Shown piece after piece: positions 43,143-57,607 of a stretch of 64,000 nucleotides of DNA. This DNA comes from the human T2T-CHM13v2.0 reference genome, Homo sapiens, in assembly GCF_009914755.1 (NCBI RefSeq), contig NC_060945.1; one strand, written 5' to 3'. Under the pieces are notes generated by a model, which saw nothing but the letters and a program-made list of their open reading frames with translations, was not told the DNA's origin and did no database searches. Positions within the stretch are counted from its first letter, which is position 1, and each line of letters begins with the position of its first letter. The position numbers and the translations under genes are program-made.

Positions 43143-46100
43143 ATGGACCATAGAGTTGGAGCATTTGGTCCATAGTAGGTTTATCTTTTATATATAGTAG
43201 GCTTCCAATAAATAGTTGTTAAATGAATAAAGACCTCAAATGATAAATGAAAGATGTAGCTGCTCTTCCACCTACGCAACACACAGAATAAAAATCCTCT
43301 TCCTTTTTGTGAGGTTAACTAACTTTGATGGAGAAAAATTTATATTGTTACTGGAAAGGGTACAGGTATATTCAGCTGGAAGCATTTGATGATTCTTTGT
43401 TCCATTATATTGAATAGGTTCACTAGGGTTCAAAACAGGTTCAATGGCATGGTGGCCATCATAAACAAATTTAAAGTTCGAATTTAAGGGTTGTTCTCAT
43501 CTTTCAAATATTTAAAGATCTTGTAAGAATTAATATTTATCAAGCACTTATTCTTTGCAAATCCCTATGCTAGTTTTGTTTTGACATTTACTGCACAGTA
43601 TAAAAAGAATAAACTATACTCTTGTCTTCAATGAATTTATAGTCTCCCTGGAGTTCCAAGACTAGCACACATGAAAACATCACTAAAGAAGGTACAGTAT
43701 AGATCATTAATGCAAATGAGTAAGTGCCATGTCCCGGGATTAAAAGGGTTCTGAAAAGGGAAAGTCAATAAGAGGTAGAGATGCTGGGGGAAGGCTACCC
43801 AAAGAAAAAGGACCTTGAGGTGACTCCTAAAGTACAGGTAGAGTTTGGATACAGAGACAAAGCGGGGTGTCCTAGGAATAACAGCTGTATAAAGATGTAA
43901 GAAGTGCTGAGCATGGTACGTTTTAGAAAACAGATTAGAAAATAACTGCAAATTGGGTAACAGTGGGGGCCAAAGTTGGAAAAGTGATTAGGTTTTTAGA
44001 ATTGAATCTAAAAAAAAAGATGAATTCTATAACATTATTGAGTAGGAGAACAATGAAAGGATAGCCATGTTTCCAGATAATTAACCTCCTTACTTCCCCT
44101 GCTGTGGAAACCAAGTCTGTAGAATAATTGGAAGGGGAGAAATGTTTGGGGTGATTAGAGGATGGTGGGACCAGTTTACTTCTTAACTGTGAATACTGTA
44201 CTTATTGAGCTGAATTATATTTTCAAACGTATACAATAACATTTTAATAATTTAGGCTTAGAAATAATAAATCTGTATTTCAATTTTTATTCTAGGATAG
44301 TATTAGTGATAGATTCCAATCCCTGAACTTCATGCAAGTATCATAGTCACTAGAAATCCACTTAAGAGCTGAGATCCATTGGTGGTACATTTTTATTTTT
44401 TAGTAAGGAGCTGTTTCTAATGTCAACACTGGTAAACTAATGGTTTGTTGGAAGAAAAGACAGCCAACATATTCAGTCAAGAACATTTTACTTGTTCCAT
44501 GTGAAAATCCATTATAGAAACAATTTCTTTTTTTATCCTGAAATAAACATATATTGCAGAAACAGACACAGGATATTTTCATGCCTCAAAGTAATGTCTT
44601 TGGCTAGTTGCTATTGAGTACTTTCATGATGTGAATATCATCACTAACAATTCATCAATTCTAAACTAGATTTCACTTAAACTTGCAAATTTACCATTTT
44701 AATGACATATTTAAAAAGTTTTTTGAAAGAAAAAGTACAAATAAAAGTAAAATAAGGGCTTCTGGTTCAAGATGGCTGACTAGAAGCAGCTAGTGGGTTC
44801 CTCTTCCATGGAGATGAATCAAAATAGTAAATATTCACACTTTGAATAGATCATCTAAAAGAGAGAGCACAACGGAATTCATCAGAGAAGTGATGGGAAT
44901 TATGGAAAGCAAAGAAAGGTGAAGCCATGCAGCCTGCTGAGCTGGGATTGGTATGGAGCCAGGAGTAGCTCCCTGACATGGGGAAGGGCTGAGTGAGCAA
45001 CCCCTGGGGCCCCACTCCCAGTGTGGATTTTCACAATCCTAGCGATGGGAGAGCTCCCTGAACCCCCCGGGGCCTCCAGTCTAACACAGGGAACTTGCCC
45101 GGAGATTGCGCAGAGGCACTGCTTCGGCCCACATGGAATTCCACAGGCTTTTCATTCCTGAAACGCTGCAGCCTGGTACCAGCTGCTGTTGCAGTGCCAG
45201 GAGGGAGTGGGGAGGGAGTGGGGAGGCCAAGTACTTTTGCACACCCCAAAGATGTGTATCACGGCTGCTGCTGCTGCAGGGTAGAGGAGCAAGCACATTG
45301 AGCACCCTTGCTTTCACTGTTCCCGCTAAGGGGGACCTGCCTTCCCTAGGCTCACAGTACAGCCACCTTGCTTCTGCCTGAGCATTTTGGCTGTGGCCTG
45401 GCACCCTTCTGAGAGCCCAGCCCCCAGAGGCCTGCAGTCTGCCCTGGGGATCCTGCTGCTGTTGCTGCAACTGCCACCACCACTGCCAGGCCAAGGAGGG
45501 AGTGGGAAGACAGGACACCTTTGCACACCTCAGTGGTGGATACCACCACTGTTTCTGTGGGAGGAAGGTGTGAGTGGGCCAAAGGCCCCACAGCTGTTAG
45601 CTTTCACTGCTCTCACTGAGCAGGGCTACCCCTGCCTGTGCATTTTGCTGTTGCCTAGCACCCTTTTGAAAGCCTAGCCCTCAGAGGCCTGCATTCTGCC
45701 CTGGGGCTCCTGCTTTCATCTTATTAGCAGCAGTTGTAGGGAGGGAACAGGGAGACCAGCACCTGCATGTGCCACAATGACCAGATCCACCACTGTTTAT
45801 GCCAGAGGGAGGTATGAGTGGGCCATGCACCTTGTAGCTGCCTGCCTCCACTGCTCATGCTGATGGAATATTCCGCAGCTGCCTGAGTGGTCTGCCTGCC
45901 CTTTCCAAAGCATTCTGCCAGCAGCCTGGGGGCCAGCCCACCCCTTCCTATCACAGCCAATACCTGAACTGTGGGAATTTGAAGACATGTTTGCTGGTCC
46001 GGTCCTGGTTTAGTCCCTCCAGGACTCATGCACATTGTCCAGAGAGCCATTTAGGAACCTGAGGATTAGGGGATTGCCTAGCCCAGTGATGGCACCTGTT

Positions 46101-48100
46101 CATTCCCTCTGGGGTCTGAGGTTGAACTAATCCAATCACCTGACACCACCACAGAGGACTCCCACCTGCATGTACTGTAAGGCAGAACCATTCCCCCTCT
46201 CTCTATGAAGCAGCAGTGTTCCTACACTGGAGAACAGGAGAGCCACAAAGTTGTCTGTATTGAGCTGAGGGAAGAGATTCCATGCTGAAGCCATTCCAGT
46301 GAAGAATCACGGGACAGGTGTTTTCCCTGGCTTTCGGTGACATTGTGGCCTGGCGTTAGATGACAGTGTCTGCCTGAACTGAGAGTCATCAGCCCTGGCA
46401 CAAGGGTGTGATACAGAAAGAGACTGTGTTCCTGTCTGCCCAGGATGTGGAGCTGGTGGAGCCCCCTCTCCAACTGCAGCAACCTTGGCACATTTCACCA
46501 GGAGCTCCCTCAGTCACTCCCGTCAGAGCTGGTGCCTGTGCTCCTCATTGAAGTATTCATGGGTGAGCTTGGTGTTTCTGTTCCTCCCAATAAACCGAGA
46601 TCAAGCAAATACCCATCTGCTTCTGTGACAGACAGCTTTTTCCCATAAGCACCACCTACTGGTCTGGAGGTTGAACTGCAAAGCCCGATACAAAACATGC
46701 TAACAAGAAGTACACAAGGCTAAAGAATAAAAGCTAAAGGACGCTACTCAACTTATACTATAGTCACACTGTCATGGGGAAAATAATCCCATCTAAATGA
46801 AAGTAAATAAAAAACAAGAAGTGACAGCTTCTCCAGATGAGAAGAAACCAGTATAAGAACTCTGGCACCATGAAGAAGCAGTGTTGAGACATCCCCAAAG
46901 GATCGTACTAGCTTGCTAGCAATGGATTCTAACCAGAATGAAAATTCTGAAATTACAGATAAATAATTAAAAATATGGATTATAAGGAAGCTCAATGAGG
47001 TCCAAGAGAAAGTTGAAAACCAATGAAACAAAATCAGGAAAACAATGTAGCATATGAAAGAAGAAATAGATATCTTAAAAAAAGACAGGCAGAACTTCTG
47101 GAAATGAAAAATTCACTGAAGGAATTACAAAATACAGGCATGAATGAAACTGGGCCTCTATCTCTCACCATATACAAAAATTAACTCAATGTGAGTTAAA
47201 GACTTAAATATAAGACATGAAACTATGAAAATCCTCGAAGAAAACATGGGGAAAACTGTTCAGAATATTGGCCTAGGCAAAACATTTATGACTAAGAACT
47301 CAAAAGTAAATGCAACAAGAACAAAAATAGACAAATGGGACTTAATTAAACTAAAAAGCATCTGCCAGCAAAAGAAGTAATCAGTGGAGTAAGCAGACAG
47401 CCTACAGAGTGGGAGAAAATATTTGCAGACTATGCATCTGACAAACAACTAATATCCAGAATCTACAAGGAACTCAAGCAACTCTACAACAACAACAATG
47501 ACAAACAACCATATTAAAAAGTGGGTAAGGGATACAAATAGACACTGCTCAAAAGAATACAAGTGACCAACAAAGATATGAAAAAAAGGCTCAACATTAC
47601 TGATCATCAGAAAAGTGCAAACTAAAACCATAGTGAGATACCATCTCACATCAGTCAGAATGGCCATTATTAAAAAACTGAAAAACAGCAGATGTTTGTG
47701 AGGATGAAGAGAAAAGGGAACACTTATACACTGTTTGTGGGAATGTAAATTAGTACAACCTCTGTGGAAGACAGGATGGGTATTTCTCAAAGAACTGAAA
47801 GTAGGATCTACCATTTGACCCAGCAATCCCACTGTTGAGTATCTACCCAAAGGAAAATAAATCATTTTATCAAAAAGACACCTGCACTTGTATGTTTATT
47901 GTGACACTATTCACAATAGCAAAGTCGTGAAATCAGCCTAAGTGTCCATCAATGAATGATTGGATAAAGAAAACGTGGTATATATACTCCGTGAAATGCC
48001 ACTCACTCATAAGAAAGAATAAAATCATGTCTTTGCAGCAGCATGGATGGATTTGGAGGCCATTATTCTAAGTGAAAAACTGCAATGGAAAATCAAATAC

Positions 48101-49068
48101 TGAAGGGGTGCGTTGCCCCTCCACACCTGTGGGTGTTTCTCATTAGGTGGAATGAGAGACTTGGAAAAGAAAAAGACACAGAGACAAAGTATGGAGAAAG
48201 AAATAAGGGGGCCCAGGGGACCAGCGTTCAGCATACGGAGGATCCCGCTGGCCTCTTGAGTTCCCTTAGTATTTATTGATCATTCTTGGGTGTTTCTCGG
48301 AGAGGGGGATGTGGCAGGGTCATAGGATAATAGTGGAGAGAAGGTCAGCAGATAAACACGTGAGGGAAGGTCTCTGCATCATAGACAAGGTAAAGAATTA
48401 AGTGCTGTGCTTTAGATATGCATACACATAAACATCTCAATGCCTTAAAGAGCAGTATTGCTGCCCGCCTGTCCCACCTCCAGCCCTAAGGTGGTTTTCC
48501 CCTATCTCAGTAGATGGAACATACAATCGGGTTTTACACTGAGACATTCCATTGCCCAGGGACGGGCAGGAGACAGATGCCTTCCTCTTGTTTCAACTGC
48601 AAAGAGGTGTTCCTTCCTCTTATACTAATCCTCCTCAGCACAGACCATTTATGGGTGTCGGGCTGGGGGACGGTCAGGTCTTTCCCTTCCCACAAGGCCA
48701 TATTTCAGACTATCATATGGGGAGAAACCTTGGACAATACCTGGCTTTCCTAGGCAGAGGTCCCTGCGGCCTTCCGCAGTGTTTGAGTCCCTGGGTACTT
48801 GAGATTAGGGAGTGGTGATGACTCTTAAAGAGCATGCTGACTTCAAGCATCTGTTTAACAAAGCACATCTTGCATAGCCCTTAATCCATTTAACCCTGAG
48901 TTGACACAGCACATGTTTCAGAGAGCACGGGGTTGGGGTAAGGTCATAGATTAACAGCATCTCAAGGCAGAAGAATTTTTCTTAGTACAGAACAAAATGG
49001 AGACTCCTATGTCTACTTCTTTCTACACAGACACAGTAACAATCCGATCTCTCTTTCTTTTCCCCACA
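48101..49068 (-). mobile_element. HERV-K(HML-2) LTR5 solo LTR (LTR5_Hs/LTR5B type), 968 bp
   Basis: Reverse complement TGTGGGGAAAAGAAAGAGAGATCGGATTGTTACTGTGTCTGTGTAGAAAG...GGTGTGGAGGGGCAACGCACCCCTTCA; TSD AATAC at 48096 and 49069. Confidence 0.95.
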
Positions 49069-49140
49069 AATACTACATGTTCTCACTTATAAGTGGGAGC
49101 TAAACAACAGGCCCACAAGAACATACAGAAAGAAATAGTA

Positions 49141-49436
49141 GGCCGGGCGTGGTGGCTCACACCTGTAACCCCAGCACTTTGGGAGGCCAAGGTGGGTGCA
49201 TCATGAGGTCAAGAGATTGAGACCATCCTGGCCAACATGGTGAAATCCCATCTCTACTAAAAATACAAAAATTAGCTGGGCATGGTGGCATGCACCTGTA
49301 GTCCCAGCTACTCGGGAGGCTGAGACGAGAATCACTTGAACTGGGGAGGCAGAGGTTGCAGTGAGCCGAGATCGAGTCACTGCACTCCAGTCTAAGTAAC
49401 AAGAGTGAAACTTTGTCTCAAAAAAGAAAAAAAAAA
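49141..49436 (+). mobile_element. AluSc-like SINE in the L1 3' UTR
   Basis: GAGGTCAAGAGATTGAGACCATCCTGGCCAAC; TSD AAAGAAATAGTA. Confidence 0.92.
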
Positions 49437-52175
49437 AAAGAAATAGTAGTCACTGGAGACTCCAAAAGTTGAGAGAGAGAGTGAGGGTCGAAAAATTACC
49501 TATTGGATACAATGTTCACTGATTAGGTAATGGGTACATCAGAAGCCCAAACCCCACCACTATGCAATATATCCATGTAGCAAACCTGCACATGTACCCC
49601 CTGAATCTATAAAAATAAAAAAAAAAAACACATTCTCAAAAAACAGTAAAATAAAGTAGAACACATGAAAGAAAATATATCACAAAGTGCTGAGAATAGA
49701 AAAAATAACATCCGAAAGCTCTAGAATTTGGGGTATTTCACCACTTAACACAATTTGGTAAATGACAATGGAGAGCTTTTTAATACTCAGTTCACATTTT
49801 GTCTGTCTTTCACTCTCTCTCTCTCTCTCCCTATTAGTATAGAGTGTTTTCATAAATGTTTTAAGCTTGGGCTTATCCTCAGTCAGGGTTCTTTCTTCCT
49901 TCTTTCCTCCATTGTTATTCAAGCCATTGTTATAATTTGATTTTGTTTTCTCTCTGTGTCTTAAAGTGTATTATTTTTGCTTTTCCAACTGCAAAACAAT
50001 AGTTGCATATTTTTTGGTCCCTTTAAGTTTTTATTATAACGTTTTTCATCCCACCTCTTCCTTTTATAATGTTAAATGGCAAAATGTCTATAATATTTAA
50101 AAATTTGCTTCCTCCCATCATCCTAAATATCTTATTTTTTATTATAAATAGACAAATTTATGTGCATATGTTTTGTTTGATTTTGTTTTCTGAAACAAAT
50201 TAAAATTTGTATGTTCAAAATAATGTTGTGATATGAATACTGCAGGTGTTATTTCTATTTTGGGACTGAGAAGTTAGGCCAATAGACACCTATTTATTGA
50301 ACTTCTTGAAGGATTCCTGGGCAGCCCGCAGTGCTAAGGGGAACAAAAATATAATAAGTACTAGGGATATTTTAGGAATATTTCCTGGCACCTTTTTAAA
50401 TTCTAGTATTTGCAAATATCATGAGAGAATATTAATTTCCTCATATACTTTATTCCTGGCAGCCAGGAGAGTTGAAAACAATAAAGCTCTATTGAGAGAC
50501 TGGACTGTCCAAATTGTTAGATTTTGGACCTGGCAACACCCACACCACCACCTAGTATTTCTTGAGGGTTTCATATATGGCAGGTACTGTTATAAGGACT
50601 TTTCATTTATATACTTATTTATTCATTAAAATAGCTATATGATATACACAGATTATCATAATCATTGTCATTTTATAAATAATAGGTAATGTAGGAAAAA
50701 ATGGTTAAGTAACTGCTAGTGGCCACTCAGTTGGTAAGTGGTAGAGCCATGAATTTGAATCCAGGTATTCTAGCTTGAGAACCCACAGTCTTAACCACAT
50801 ATACCTTCCATTACTCCGTATTTCTTTTCCACAGCTCACAAGCACACTCTGATTAGGGGATGACTCTCTTCTGGTGTGCGTTTAGACAAATTGTACATTG
50901 TTTCATGGCAGAGACATTTGGGATTGTTTTGAAATAAAAATGAATAATTTAAGTGACAAATGTCAAGAATTATCTTTTTTAACAAAATACATTCAATATA
51001 GTTGGATAAATTAGATATATAGATGACATAATTGATGCACAAAGTAGAAATATCTATACCAGCAGTGTATCCTGATATATTAAATCTCTAAAGAGTGTAG
51101 CATGGAGAATAATTAGGAAAGAAAGGATTGGAGAGAGATTTGGAATATATGCAGAGAAAGATTGTATCTTCTGAGGATGTTGAAGAGTGTGTAGGTTTTG
51201 AAGAAGTGATGGGTGCTGATTGAGGTGATGTAAGGGATAGAGAGAAGAGCACGAAGACAGGAGTGCATACACTATTTGAAAGCAATAAAAAGTGATGAGT
51301 GCCACATCTAAGCAAGGTGTTAAGCTCTGAATTGCAGTTTGCCATGCTTTCTTTTCCCCTTTCTGTGAGCCTGGCAATTTTTTAGACAGGGGCTGCTTTA
51401 TCAGCTTGAATTGCAGGGTGAAGAAACATGAAGCAGAGTCTTCTGACAACTCATTATCATATCGTAGAAATAGAACTTTCTTATTGTTAGCCAGGAAGAT
51501 TTTTGTGGAACTTATTAATGTAGCATTTTCTACCTTATAACACTGGTTGGCAGGCAATTTCAGTATCCCAGGCATAAAGGGCTAAGGATTCAGGCAATGA
51601 AGGACAGGAGCAAAATCTAAAAGTCATTGGGAAGGAAGGCTTGAAAGACCTTGGTGACTGATGGGTTACGAGGTACAAAGATTTAGAAGAAACTGTGACA
51701 TAACCTTAATGATTTTGGTTTGAGAAAATAAATCATCAAAATGAGGAAGCAAGGGTGGAAACAAGTGTGGAAGGTAGATTTTTAATAGGTGGGAGAGAGA
51801 CCCTTAAATCCTTTTTATGAAATTAAAGATAGTATAAGATGATGTTAAAAAAAAAAAAAAGAATCATCAGAAAGAGTCCATTTGGAAAATGTGGTAGTTT
51901 AGAGAAATTTCATAGTACTTAGAATGTGAAACAGATCCAATGGAAAGCTGTTGTTTCATTATGTTTTGTTTTAAAGTTTGGCTATACATTTGCATACTTA
52001 AAATAATAAAAACATATAGGAATCCAGCAGTGCAGGAAAGATGCCGTGGACATAAGTGGTAAAATATGAGTTCTAAGGTCCACAGAAATTAGGAAGGGAT
52101 GTGACTGAGAACATACACGGAGGGGTAATCTTTGGAGAAAGGAGAGTAAATATCTATTAAAATTTTAGAAGGAAG

Positions 52176-52482
52176 GGCCGGGCGTGGTGGCTCACGCCTT
52201 TAATCTCGGCAACGTGGGAGGCTGAGGCGGGCAGATCATGAGGTCAGGAGTTTGAGACCAGCCTGGCCAACATGGTGAATCTCTTTCTCTACTAAAAATA
52301 CAAAAATTAGCTGGGCGTGGTGGTGGGCTTCTGTAATCCCAGCTACTCAGGAGGCTGAGGCAGGAGAATCACTTGAACCCTGGAGGCAGAGGTTGCAGTG
52401 AGCCGAGATCCTGAGATTGTGCCATTGCACTCCAGCCTGGGTGACAGGGTGAGACTCCATCTCAAAAAAAAAAAAAAAAAAA
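52176..52482 (+). mobile_element. AluS-like SINE
   Basis: Full dimer with A19 tail and a small GAGAT duplication in the right arm. Confidence 0.92.
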
Positions 52483-53806
52483 TTAGGAGGAAGAGGATAA
52501 ATGTAGAAATGGATATGCACTGAGATGAAATCAGACACTGGTAAAGTTCAAGATCTTGATGATCCCAGAGCATCAGTTTTCCACTAAAGTCAGTGAAGTT
52601 ATCTGCTAAGTGGGACAGAAGGAGAGGGGCAGGTGAGAGCAGAGAAAAGAGAAGTTTTGAAATTGCCACAGAGAGGAGAATACCTGGTTGTGATTACAGG
52701 ATTGCCAAACACAGAGGGCCCGTTTGAAGTTAGACTGTATGAATTCATAATGCTCCAATTCTGAATAATCCTCTGTCTTCTCTCAGTAGTGTTCAGTGTC
52801 CTGGGAACAGGCAGATCAAGCTCACAGTGAACAGGCAGAGAAAGCTCACGTTGAGGGTGATCCAGGTTTGTGATTCTTACAGATTAGGTTATTTGCACAG
52901 GTCATACTTATAGTTCTCTTTAATCTGTTCTCATTGTTTCTTCATAAAAATACAGTGTCTTTTCACAGATACATTTTATATTCCTGTGGTTCTGATGATC
53001 TTCACACTAGCTTGAAATTCATCTCTTTAACCACTGGAGCCTAGATTTCTTTTTTACACTTGGCTCTTTATAAACTATGATATTAATTTTTGGATAATTT
53101 TTCTACCTTCTCATTTTTTTCACTTTGATAGGCTTTTTCAAATAACTTTTATTGGTGAAAAAGTTATCTATAGTTTTTAATAAAATTTTGTCATCTCATT
53201 TAATTCATCTGTCAGTTACTTAATCATTATTTCATGCTGAATATGTGCCAGGTGCTATGTTAAGGGCCAAGGATACAAAGATAAAGAAAACAAGGTACCT
53301 GTCTTTGATGTGTTTATAGAGATCAAAAGTCTACTGGGCAAGTTCCTAAACTTTGTATAACTTGTGTTACAATGGCTTCTGTTCTCATTTGGTATTGGGC
53401 AAGTTCCCCTCACCCCACATACTTTTCATTAAATTTGTAATATTTGCGAATTTGAAAAGTAAATTTTCATTACATTTGGTTTATTAATACGTAGTTCCCC
53501 ACTGCTGGGGCTGATATTTATTGTTACGACCACCTTATCCCACTAGGCACCACAGTCCCCACTGGGTTTTGCCATGTTTGTGCAAAAACGCTGCCATTTC
53601 TACAGACTGTCCCAATTTCTGTTGCTGTACTAGAACGCTTAAATGTTAATGATGATTGCTGACCTATTTGGACACAAAGGCAAGGTTCTGTTTTCCTATT
53701 TCAAGTTACACTTATTGAGAGGACAAGAAATGCAGTAGATACAGTTGAATAAAAACAGCTACTGCATATATATAGATATATATATATCTGTATATAGTGC
53801 TTATGA

Positions 53807-54162
<356 letters not shown>

Positions 54163-54449
54163 GAAACCCACATTCTTTGCTTTCTAAAGGTCCAAGCTCT
54201 TCTGCAAATTCCCAGGGGCATACAAACATGTGGGCACTTCTGATTTCAATTTACTGCCTCTGCTGGATTTTTTTTCGTTTCTATCCTGTCTAATCTTGTT
54301 TCCACATAGGTATTATTTAAATATTGCTCCTTATCAATATCTACAAATAAATTATCCCTACACTATTCTGAAAATCTATTGGTGGGAAATGGGGAGAAAT
54401 GTTTATAATTTGAAAATGCAAACACATTAAAATTGAAGATTTAAAATTT

Positions 54450-54876
54450 TATCTTATTTTTTGGTGGTAAAAACACTTAACATGAGATCCACCCTCTTAA
54501 CAAATTTCTAAGTGTATAATACATTATTTTGACTATAGGTACAATGTTGTACAGCAGATCTTTAGAGCTTATTTGTCTTGCTTCACTGAAGCTTTATGCC
54601 TGCTGATTAGTAACTCCTCATTTCTCCTCCCCCCACCTCAGTAACTGCCATTCCACTCTCTGATGATATGGATTTGACTATTTTAGACACTGAATATAAG
54701 AAGAATCATGCAGTATTTGTCTTTCTGTGGTTGGTTTATTTCATTCAGTATAATGCCCTTAAGTTTCATCCATGTTGTCACATATTGCTGAATTTCCTTC
54801 TTTTTAAAGCTAAACAGTATTGCATTATATGTACACAACACATTTTCTTTATCCATTTCATCTGTCAGTGAACATT
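54450..54876 (-). mobile_element. L1MA9/10-like 3' end
   Basis: AACACTTAACATGAGATCCACCCTCTTAACAAATTT...ACAATGTTGTACAGCAGATCT. Confidence 0.75.
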
Positions 54877-55284
54877 AAAAACAATAAAGTAATTCACAAT
54901 TAAATAATAATTAAACAATAAATATAAATGTTGATAAATAAAAAATTAAACATTACAAATCCTTATTCATAAAAGTCTGAGAATGGGCATTTCTCACTAA
55001 CCAAACATCTACCATCCTCTCAATTCCTTTCCTTCTCTGCCTCTTCTCTCTTACCTCTTTTACTCCATTCCAAAGTATTTACACTCCTCACATTGTCCGT
55101 GAATAAAATCCAGTATTAATTTGGGTTGCTTTGGATCTTCCTTCAGAATCTTTCCCTTTCTTTACCCTATGAGCTTTATCAAACAAGGTAGTTTCTCATG
55201 CAGTTTTCTTCTGAAGTAGAATTCCGGAACCCACTCTTAAGGCAATAAAACGTTCAATTTTATTACGTGTCTTATAATTTCATG

Positions 55285-56080
55285 AATCCAAGTGAAAAAG
55301 TGGAGGGTGTACATTGATGCAACCACTTTGGCAAACAGTTTGGCAGGACTAGATTCATGGGTGTGTAACCTGTGCTGTCATAGAGGTTTGTGAACTTAGA
55401 AGGGCCCACACTTCTTTTAGTGTTTGCTGTTGCTGTCTTGAAATTTTAATAATTTTAAAACAAGGAGCCCTGTGTTTTCATATTTCATTGGCCCAGAAAG
55501 TTCTATATGTGGTTCCACGGTCTGGCATTATTTAACACAGCTGAGCAAACTCAATGTTTCAGGGATTTCACTTCTAGATAAAAACCCAACTGCAGCTCAT
55601 ATCTATATTCACCAAAAGATATTACAGAAATATTTATCTCAACATATTGTCTATTATTCATAACAGGCAAAAATCTGGAAACAATCCCATTTTCATCACC
55701 AATGAAGAAACAAATGAATTGAGCTATATTCATACAAAGAAATACTACACAGTGAAGAAAATTCATAGTCTAGTGCTATAAATTATAGTGAACTAATATC
55801 ACCAACATAATATTAGAAAAAAAGACAAAAAGAACAGTTCAATTTACCATGAAGTCTGAGATGAAGCAATCTTATAAAGCTAGAGGAGATTATATAGTGG
55901 TAGACTTTATGGAAGAAAGGCTTATAAATAGTAACTGGGAGGAAACATGATGGAGGCCCCTGGGATTCTGCTAATAGCTTTTCTTGACCTGGAGGGGAGT
56001 TACAAGTATGTTAGTTTATAAAGCTATACATTTATATTTTATGCACTTAAAACGTTTCTTATATGCACAAAAATTTAAAA
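55285..56080 (+). mobile_element. L1ME-type 3' end with an inserted MER91-like element (about 55344-55523)
   Basis: AACCACTTTGGCAAACAGTTTGGCA...TTTCACTTCTAGATA...TTTCTTGACCTGG; the insert has GCTGTTGCTGTCTTGAAATTTTAATAATTTT...CAAGGAGCCCTG. Confidence 0.6.
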
Positions 56081-57094
56081 GAATGCGTAGCATGGTGTTG
56101 TTACCAAGAGAAATCAGGGTGTATCTATCTGTTGTGAGCAGGGTAGAAGCTCTTCTAAACAATCTCTGATTAAGAAACTCATTGTATTAATAGACGCTCT
56201 TCATCCCCTCTATGAGCACACTGTCAGATTCTTGAAACTCACTGAATGGTCGTATCTGTAAACTTCTCTCTTACATACCATTTCGATAAACCATCTGATT
56301 TCCACTTGGATAAGTGAACATCTATGGTAATAGAAATATATTCATGATACTTAATTTTAAAGTAAACTATTAATAAGAATTTAAGAGAATTTTCAAGGTC
56401 CAGAGTGAGACTATGCCTCAGTAGGAGTCTGGTATAAAGAAACAGAAAGCCAACATGAATTGCTTGCCATCTCTTATCTCTAAATCTTTATGTGCCCTGT
56501 TTCATTCTTGTCAGTCTTACTTTTCTAATACTCATCTACTTGGTAAAATATGGCCATGCCAAGGTTTTCAAACTCTTATGTTCCTTTAGTTCAAAAGACA
56601 AGGCAGATTGATATATTCTCAAACTGAATTCTAAATTTTGGGGAAGAAAATCCCAAAACTTAACTTGCCTCTTTTTTTTTTTTTTTTTTTTTTTCATCCC
56701 TGGGCCACTTTCCAAGGCTAGAAGAGAGTCACACAGCAATAATATATTTATTGCAGTCCACTCTGTATAACCCCCAAAGCTTGTTTCTTAGTGCTTAAAA
56801 TACACATGCATGCATAAATTCAGGAGCTGGGCTTTTTTTTTTTTTTTTTCTGAATGTTCAAGTACAACCACCCTGGCTTTCTGGCCAATGAATTGGCCTT
56901 GATTTATAGCACAAAGGGAACATTGACTAGTATTTTATTGAAACATAAAAAACAGAGGGATAATGTTCTTATCAAATCTCCACTTATAAGAAACATGACA
57001 TCAAATGAATGGATAAAATATTAATTTTTCAAAAAATTATTTTGTGATATTTGGCTATCTATTTTTGGGAAAAATTATTTTTCTACTACATACC

Positions 57095-57463
57095 TGTCTT
57101 AGTTCGCTCAGGCTACTATAACAAAATACCATAAACTGGGTAGCTTATAAACAACAGAAATTTATTTCTCACAGTTCTAGAGGCTGGGAAGTGAAATGAA
57201 AGATCAGGGTGCTGGCAGATTTGTTGTATGGTGAGGGCCCTCTTCTGGGTCATAGACTGCTGACTTCTAGCTGCACCTTTACATTGGTGGAAGGGTGATG
57301 CCACTCTCTGGGGCCACTTTTGTAATGGCACTAAACCCATTCATGACGCCTTCACTCTTATGACCTTATCTTCCAACAGCCCCATTTCCTAAAACCATCA
57401 CCTTGGGGATTAAGACTTCAACATATACATTTTGGGGGGAATACAAACATTCAGATCATAACA
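57095..57463 (-). mobile_element. MLT1A-like solo LTR
   Basis: TGTCTTAGTTCGCTCAGGCTACTATAACAAAATACCATAAACTGGG...ACAAACATTCAGATCATAACA. Confidence 0.85.
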
Positions 57464-57607
57464 ACACTAGCCATTAAACAATGCAGATAGAAAAAGTATG
57501 TAATAGTAAAAAAGTGTAAAAAACAAGCAAAGAAACCCTCATGACCATAAAATATAAGATAATTTGTTTGGAAACATGGGCAAAAGAAGTGATGTTTAAA
57601 CATAGTA

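Larger units (their letters stand above)
44756..49641 (+). mobile_element. L1PB4-like LINE-1 with both ends and a large internal deletion
   Basis: 5' start GGGCTTCTGGTTCAAGATGGCTGACTAGAAGC; about 2-kb 5' UTR; ORF1 start joined at about 47137 to late ORF2 (GAATGAAACTGG); L1PB4-type 3' UTR and A tail; possible TSD AA(A/C)AGTAAAATAA. Confidence 0.85.

Noticed and set aside
51054-51575. 173-aa minus-strand ORF
   Set aside because: No recognisable domain, low-complexity composition from a purine-rich L2-like strand, and no exon evidence
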